Source: an uncultured candidate division Zixibacteria bacterium
GTDB taxonomy: Bacteria; Zixibacteria; MSB-5A5; UBA10806; 4484-95
Length of the DNA: 64,000 bases
Assembly (NCBI GenBank): GCA_963668625.2
Contig: CAXXKA010000001.1
Location: 96,001-160,000, forward strand
Direction: 5' to 3'
Shown: positions 58,233 to 64,000 of the stretch, piece after piece
Numbering within the stretch: position 1 is the first letter of the stretch
Layout: the number at the start of each line of letters is the position of its first letter
Notes under the pieces: model-generated
Told to the model about the DNA's origin: nothing
The model's database searches: none
What the model saw: the letters and a program-made list of their open reading frames with translations, nothing else
Position numbers and translations under genes: made by a program

Positions 58233-59282
58233 ATGAGTTCTAATAAAATAAAGCTCACCGGTTATGCATCCTGTGCCGGGTGAGCGGCTAAATTTTCGCC
58301 CGAGGCGATGATCCAGGTTCTGGATCGTTTACCCAAAAGAAAATTCGATGACGTACTGGTTGGTACGGATTTTTTCGATGATGCCGGGGTGGTCAGGCTC
58401 GATGATAAAACCGGTATCGTGACAACTGTCGATTATTTCACGCCGGTTGTCGATGATCCGGCTGATTTCGGTCGAATCGCCGCCGCCAACTCGCTATCGG
58501 ATATATATGCTATGGGTGGCAAACCCATATCGGCGCTCAATATCGTCGGATTCCCGGAAAAGAATCTGTCACTGGATATATTGGGCGATATCCTCGCCGG
58601 CGGGGCGGAGGTGACTAATGCCAATGATATCCCTATCGTGGGTGGACACTCATTTAAAAGCGATGAGCCGTTTTATGGGCTTTCGGTGACCGGGCTGGTG
58701 GATATCGATAAAATGATGATAAATTCCAACTGCAGAAACGGGGATTATCTTTATCTTACCAAACCCATAGGCTCGGGGCTGATTACTACGGCATTAAAAC
58801 AGAGCAAAGCCGAACCGGAGATAGTGGAGAAGGCTATAAAGGTAATGGCCGCGTTAAACAAAGAGGCCGCCGAGGCCGCCACGGAAACCGGTGTGATCGC
58901 CGGTACGGATGTTACCGGTTATGGTTTTTTAGGCCATTTGATGGAAATGATGATAGCCTCGAACACCTCGGCTGTGGTATACTCCGATAGCGTGCCGTTA
59001 ATGGATGGTGTTCACGAACTCGCCGAGCTTCAGACATTTCCTGGCGGAACGGGCGCGAATCTTCTATATGTGGATAAGCAGGCTGTCTGGGATGAGCGAC
59101 TTTCTCTGAATGAGAAAAGGCTTCTGTGTGACGCTCAGACCTCGGGAGGATTAATCCTGGTTGTTAATCCCGGTAAAGCGGATAAACTCGAGAATGAAAT
59201 GAAAAAACGTAATGTAATGGTTGCCCGGGTGGGCAAAGTGATAAAGCGGGAAGAATGGTTGCTAAAGATCAACAAAAATTAA
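58233..59282 (+). CDS. selD: Selenide, water dikinase, selenocysteine-containing (UGA at 58281-58283)
   Basis: GAGG SD, MSSNKIKLTGYASCAG-UGA-AAKF in frame with DDAGV, TVDYFTPVVDDP, AANSLSDIYAMGG, TDVTGYG, DAQTSGGL. Confidence 0.95.
58307..58329 (+). promoter_or_regulatory. Candidate bacterial SECIS stem-loop in selD
   Basis: GATGATCCAG-GTT-CTGGATCGTT; apical loop starts with GU, 33 nt after the UGA. Confidence 0.6.
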
Positions 59283-60613
59283 GCAAGATACCCTCGGTAA
59301 ATAAGATTCTGGAAAGGGATGATATTCGGGCTTTGATGCCGGAATGGTCGTTTGCCTATGTCTCGTTCGAGACTAAGAAAAAAGTCGGGGAGGCGCGAAA
59401 GCTGGCGCAGAGCAAAGGCGAGATATTATCCGAAAAACGGATCGCCGAGAAAGTAGTCGAAGCGTTCGATTACAAACGTACGACCTTAATCAAACCCGTG
59501 ATAAACGCCACCGGCGTAGCTCTTCACACCAATTTAGGCCGTGCTCCGATGAGTAGTGACTTGATAGAGCAAGTTACTAAAAACTGTGTATCGTATTGTA
59601 ATTTGGAATACGATCTCGAACTCGGCAAACGATCCAAACGCGGCAGCCTTGCCGGAGAAATAGCAGCCGTGCTGACAGGATCGGAAGCGGGTGTGATTGT
59701 CAATAACAATGCCGCTGCGGTGCTGCTAACTGTCAATTGTTTCGCAAAAGATAAATATGTTCTGGTATCAAGGGGTGAGCAGATACAAATAGGCGGTGGA
59801 TTCCGTATCCCCGAGATGATCGAAGCCTCGGGTGCGATGGTTAAAGAGGTAGGTACCACCAATCGCACGGTGCTTTCCGATTACTCCCGTCATATAGGCA
59901 AAAACACCGGGCTTATCATGAAAGTCCATCGCTCGAATTTCGAGCTCTCCGGGTTCACGGAGGAAGCCACACCGGCCGAGTTGACGGTGCTGGCCAACAA
60001 GAAAAAAATTCCACTGCTGTACGATTTAGGCTCGGGCATGATAACTAATTTCGATCTGGAGGAGTTCGATAACGAACCGAGTGTCGAATATGCCGTCCGT
60101 TCGAAAGCCGATATGATCTGTTTCTCCGGGGATAAACTTCTGGGCGGACCCCAGGCCGGCATCATTGTCGGTAAGAAAAAACTTATCAGCAAGCTAAGAG
60201 CGCATCCGCTATACCGACCGTTGAGGCCGGATAAATTCACCTTGAGCGCTATCGAGCAAACGTTGCTCGCTTATCTGGCTAATCCCGCTCGTATTCAGTT
60301 AAACTCGATATTCAAACAGGGCCAGGAGCTTCTTCAGAAAAGAGCCGAGGCGATTTGCGAAAAGCTCGATCTGGAATTCGTGCAACCCGCTCGAATGAAA
60401 AGCACGGCCGGTGGCGGTTCTACACCGACTATTGACTACAACGGGCTTGGTATAGTAATAAAAGAGAATTATAAAGGTCTAGACAGTAAACTTCGTAAAC
60501 ACGATCCTCCGATCATCATCAGGATGGGGCGCAGCAAAGCGATGATAGACCTGACCACGGTCTTGCCCGATCAGGATGAGATCTTAGTAAAGGCGTTGAA
60601 AAAATGTTTGTAG
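59255..60613 (+). CDS. selA: L-seryl-tRNA(Sec) selenium transferase
   Basis: VINATGV.LHTNLGRAP, VNNNAAA, EVGTTNRT, DLGSG, FSGDKLLGGPQAG. Confidence 0.96.
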   Translation: MVAKDQQKLSKIPSVNKILERDDIRALMPEWSFAYVSFETKKKVGEARKLAQSKGEILSEKRIAEKVVEAFDYKRTTLIKPVINATGVALHTNLGRAPMSSDLIEQVTKNCVSYCNLEYDLELGKRSKRGSLAGEIAAVLTGSEAGVIVNNNAAAVLLTVNCFAKDKYVLVSRGEQIQIGGGFRIPEMIEASGAMVKEVGTTNRTVLSDYSRHIGKNTGLIMKVHRSNFELSGFTEEATPAELTVLANKKKIPLLYDLGSGMITNFDLEEFDNEPSVEYAVRSKADMICFSGDKLLGGPQAGIIVGKKKLISKLRAHPLYRPLRPDKFTLSAIEQTLLAYLANPARIQLNSIFKQGQELLQKRAEAICEKLDLEFVQPARMKSTAGGGSTPTIDYNGLGIVIKENYKGLDSKLRKHDPPIIIRMGRSKAMIDLTTVLPDQDEILVKALKKCL

Positions 60614-62463
60614 TCGGCACTGCCGGTCATATAGATCACGGAAAATCCTCACTGGTAAAATCCCTTTCGGGCATCGATCCCGATCGTTTGCCCGAGGAGA
60701 AGCTTCGCGGCCTGACAATCGATCTGGGCTTTGCCTGGTTTAACCTTCCCGGCGGCGATTCGGTTGGCGTTGTGGATGTTCCGGGGCATGAGCGTTTTAT
60801 CAAGAACATGGTTGCCGGTGTTGGCGGTATTGATGCAGTCATGTTAATAATAGCGGCAGATGACGGCTGGATGCCGCAGACCACCGAACATCTGGATATA
60901 CTTTCACTCCTCGACATTAAAACCGGTATCGTGGTTCTTACCAAAATCGATCTGGTTGACGAGGAGATTGTCGAATTGCAAAAGGATGATATCTTAAATC
61001 ATCTTAAAAGTACGTTTTTGGAGAATGCCCCGATTGTATCGTTTTCAGCTAAAGATAACTCCGGCCGCGAGGATGTGCTTTCGGCAATCGAGAAGGCGTT
61101 AAGCAAAGGCGTGGAACATCCAGTATACGGTTCGCCACGACTGTATATCGATAGAAGTTTCGTGGTGAAAGGCATGGGCACGGTGGTAACCGGTACGCTC
61201 ACCGAGGGCGAGATCATGCTGGGACAGGAACTGCAGATCAGCCCCTCGGAGATGAAAGTTCGGGTGCGCGGTTTACAAACGCACAAACGTACTATCGAAC
61301 TGGCTAAGCCCGGCAGTCGCGTAGCTGTAAATATCACGGGCGCTTCTAAAGATGATGCCCATCGTGGCTCGGCCCTGGTTCTGCCCGGACATTTCGAACC
61401 GACAAAAGCGCTAGGCGTAAAAATAAAGATGTTACCCGAGGTTAAGCATCCATTGAAAAACGCCTCTGAGGTGGTATTCCTGTTGGGGACATCGATAACT
61501 CACGCCAAACTGAAATTGTTCAAGCGTAAAACCCTGACAGCGGGCGAGGAGGATTTCGCCGTTCTTCACCTGGAGGATGAGATATGCTGCCGCATAGGCG
61601 ATAGGTTTATACTGAGACGTCTTAGCCCGCCTATTACGGTAGGCGGTGGAACGGTGATCGACTGGGATTTCGATTTAGTCAAGCAGAAAAAAGCCACGCA
61701 ATATGAGATACTGAAAGCCCGTGCCGATTTATCCGTTGAATCGATAATCAAATCCGAACTGATCAAGGATGTTAACATAAAACCGCAACGGCTGAAACTC
61801 AATAGCCGTTACTCGCTCGAACAGATTGAAAAGCAGATAGCCGGAGCTAAGGATATCGTTAAAGCCGGCGGCGCGCTAATCCAGAAAGAGCATCTCCAGA
61901 AATACCTGGAACCGACGGTCACCATGTTAGAGAAAGATCACGAAACCCGCCCCTGGGTTAAGGGTGTACCGATCGGGGAGATAGCCAAGAAATTGAAAAT
62001 ACCGGCTAAAGAGCGCGAGGAGGTAGTAGCATACCTTCAAGCCGAGGGTAATATTACGCAGGAGGGCGGCGTGTTGAGACTGAATTCGCACGAGCCGCAT
62101 CTTAGCCCCGGTCAAAAAGCTTTATCTCAGAAATTGCATGCCATACTCTCGGCCGGACCTCTAGCCTCGCCATTGAAAAAGAAATTCATCAGTGATGATC
62201 CAGCGTATGAGGTTGTCATAAATTTCCTCGTAGAAAGCGGCGAGCTGTTGGAGCTGAAAAACGGAGTGCTGTTTACCCGTAAAGATTTCGATGAAGTCAT
62301 CGATGGCCTGAAAAAATTCATAGGCGGGAAAGGTAAAGCCACCGCCTCCGAGATAAAAGATCATTTGAAAACTACCAGAAAATATATCATCCCGCTTTTA
62401 GAGGAGCTTGACACGCTCGGAATAACGATAAGGGATGGAGATTATCGTAAGCTGGGGGAATAA
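60604..62463 (+). CDS. selB: Selenocysteine-specific elongation factor
   Basis: GTAGHIDHGKS, RGLTIDLGFA, DVPGHERF, TKID, C-terminal winged helix TRKY.IP.LE.LD. Confidence 0.97.
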   Translation: MFVVGTAGHIDHGKSSLVKSLSGIDPDRLPEEKLRGLTIDLGFAWFNLPGGDSVGVVDVPGHERFIKNMVAGVGGIDAVMLIIAADDGWMPQTTEHLDILSLLDIKTGIVVLTKIDLVDEEIVELQKDDILNHLKSTFLENAPIVSFSAKDNSGREDVLSAIEKALSKGVEHPVYGSPRLYIDRSFVVKGMGTVVTGTLTEGEIMLGQELQISPSEMKVRVRGLQTHKRTIELAKPGSRVAVNITGASKDDAHRGSALVLPGHFEPTKALGVKIKMLPEVKHPLKNASEVVFLLGTSITHAKLKLFKRKTLTAGEEDFAVLHLEDEICCRIGDRFILRRLSPPITVGGGTVIDWDFDLVKQKKATQYEILKARADLSVESIIKSELIKDVNIKPQRLKLNSRYSLEQIEKQIAGAKDIVKAGGALIQKEHLQKYLEPTVTMLEKDHETRPWVKGVPIGEIAKKLKIPAKEREEVVAYLQAEGNITQEGGVLRLNSHEPHLSPGQKALSQKLHAILSAGPLASPLKKKFISDDPAYEVVINFLVESGELLELKNGVLFTRKDFDEVIDGLKKFIGGKGKATASEIKDHLKTTRKYIIPLLEELDTLGITIRDGDYRKLGE

Positions 62464-62466
62464 AAC

Positions 62467-64000
62467 ATGAAAACTCTGTTTACCAACGCGGTCATCTATT
62501 CACCGCTGAAATTACGCGCTGATTCGATTGCGGTCGATAACGGCCGTATCGTAGATATAGGCACTAAAACGAAACTGGCCCCGCTAAAACGCCACGGCTT
62601 CAAAGTGTTGAATCTTAAAGGCAAAACGCTGCTGCCTGGTTTCATAGACTCGCATCTTCACTTGCTGTCATCGGGATACGATCTTTTGAACGTACGTCTC
62701 GATTATATCGACTCGCTCGATAAAGTGCTGGTTAAAATAGAAAAAGCTGCCGCGAACGTCCCCGCCGGTCAGTGGGTACTTGGCAGGGGATGGAATAAAA
62801 ATCTCTGGGGTGATGATTTCCCCACCAAAGAGATGCTCGATAAAGTATGCCCTAACAAGCCCGCAAGATTTTACTCCAAGGACGGCCACTCGATCTGGGC
62901 GAACTCCGCCGCGTTGAAAATAGCCGGTATAGATGATCGCACGCTCGACCCGGCAGGCGGCCGTATCGGTAGAGCTTCCGATGGTTCACCGAACGGCATG
63001 TTTTTTGAAAACGCCGTCGGACTCATTGATGATTATCTGCCCGAGGCTCCGACTGATTACAAGCTAAAGGCTTTGAAAAAGGCGGTTACGCATTTCAACA
63101 AGCTGGGCATAACCGGCGTTGGCGATATGGACTGGCACCCAAATCGGCTTGGCCTGTTCAAAATAGCCGAGGATAGAAGGCAGTTAAGCCTTCGGGTTTA
63201 CATGATGCTTTCCCCGGATGATGTGCTGCCTGCCTCCAAGCTCGGGTTACGTACGGGATTCAGTGATGGTTTTATCACTATTGGCGCGCTTAAGTTATAC
63301 ATGGATGGCGCGCTGGGTTCGCAAACGGCCTGGATGTTCGAGGCGTACGAAAACAGCTCCAATACGGGAGTACCGACTCTATCGGAGGAACAGCTGGAGG
63401 ATTATTTCGAGCGGACTCATCTAAACGGTATCTCGATGGCTATCCACGCGATCGGCGATAGAGCCAATGCCGAGCTTCTGGATTTCTTCGGTAAAAAATA
63501 TAAAATATCCAAAAAGCTGGGTTTGAAACATCGACTGGAGCACGCTCAACATATGCGCAAAGAGGATATTGCCAAGTTCAAGAAGTATGATGTCGGCGTA
63601 GCGTTACAGCCGATTCATATCCTGGCCGATAGGGACATGGCCGGGAAGCAGCTCGGTGAGCGTGCGAGATGGGCTTATCCGTTTGCCACCATGTTGAAAC
63701 GCGGCGCGACTATCGGTTTCGGCTCTGACTGCCCGATCGAGGACGCCAACCCGCTTATCGGCATCTATGCGGCTATTGCCCGGAAACGTCCCGGAGATGA
63801 CCGAGGCTCATGGTACGGCGAGGAATGTATTACCCTGCCCGAGGCGATAAGGGCTTACACCGAGGGCGCCGCCTCTATATGCCGCTGGGGTGAATGCTCG
63901 GGAATGATAGCTAACGGCAGGCAGGCGGATTTCGTAGTGCTCTCGGAGGACATTTACAAAGTTGATAAAGACCGGATACCTGATATAAAGGTGCTGGCCA
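62467..64000 (+). CDS. Amidohydrolase family 3 (YtcJ-like), 3'-truncated; absent from ORF track
   Basis: ATG 3 nt after selB stop; LLPGFIDSHLH, DGHS.WANS.AL, K...DGALGS.TA, HAIGDRA, RLEHAQ, FGSD.P. Confidence 0.9.
   Translation, partial: MKTLFTNAVIYSPLKLRADSIAVDNGRIVDIGTKTKLAPLKRHGFKVLNLKGKTLLPGFIDSHLHLLSSGYDLLNVRLDYIDSLDKVLVKIEKAAANVPAGQWVLGRGWNKNLWGDDFPTKEMLDKVCPNKPARFYSKDGHSIWANSAALKIAGIDDRTLDPAGGRIGRASDGSPNGMFFENAVGLIDDYLPEAPTDYKLKALKKAVTHFNKLGITGVGDMDWHPNRLGLFKIAEDRRQLSLRVYMMLSPDDVLPASKLGLRTGFSDGFITIGALKLYMDGALGSQTAWMFEAYENSSNTGVPTLSEEQLEDYFERTHLNGISMAIHAIGDRANAELLDFFGKKYKISKKLGLKHRLEHAQHMRKEDIAKFKKYDVGVALQPIHILADRDMAGKQLGERARWAYPFATMLKRGATIGFGSDCPIEDANPLIGIYAAIARKRPGDDRGSWYGEECITLPEAIRAYTEGAASICRWGECSGMIANGRQADFVVLSEDIYKVDKDRIPDIKVLA

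Overview
Gene-dense bacterial chromosomal window with no phage, CRISPR array, rRNA or tRNA recognised. Gene content (SprA/PorV type IX secretion components, several CTD-bearing secreted proteins, Cys-containing dockerins, yggS-divIVA-pnp-ileS-dksA-lspA-rluD, NfnAB, selD-selA-selB) suggests an anaerobic FCB-superphylum organism outside Bacteroidota, possibly Zixibacteria (inference). Main observations: (1) sprA is followed by an overlapping lipoprotein gene that is a free-standing copy of an internal ~280-aa SprA segment, then a glutaminyl-cyclase-like M28 lipoprotein, and many secreted proteins here start with Gln after the signal peptide; (2) a 147-bp MITE-like element sits exactly in the loop of a hairpin in the selD-selA-selB leader, and SelD is itself a UGA-recoded selenoprotein with a SECIS-like stem-loop; (3) a Kgp-like gingipain is split by a single-base frameshift; (4) murB lacks a canonical in-frame start and recG looks leaderless; (5) an FHA / phosphoesterase / CHASE2-Ser/Thr kinase module contains a 16-bp perfect inverted repeat pair; (6) a cohesin-like plus dockerin adaptor, an 873-aa pure coiled-coil protein and a GIHH-type IleRS2. 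All family calls are by motif recognition only; no searches were run.
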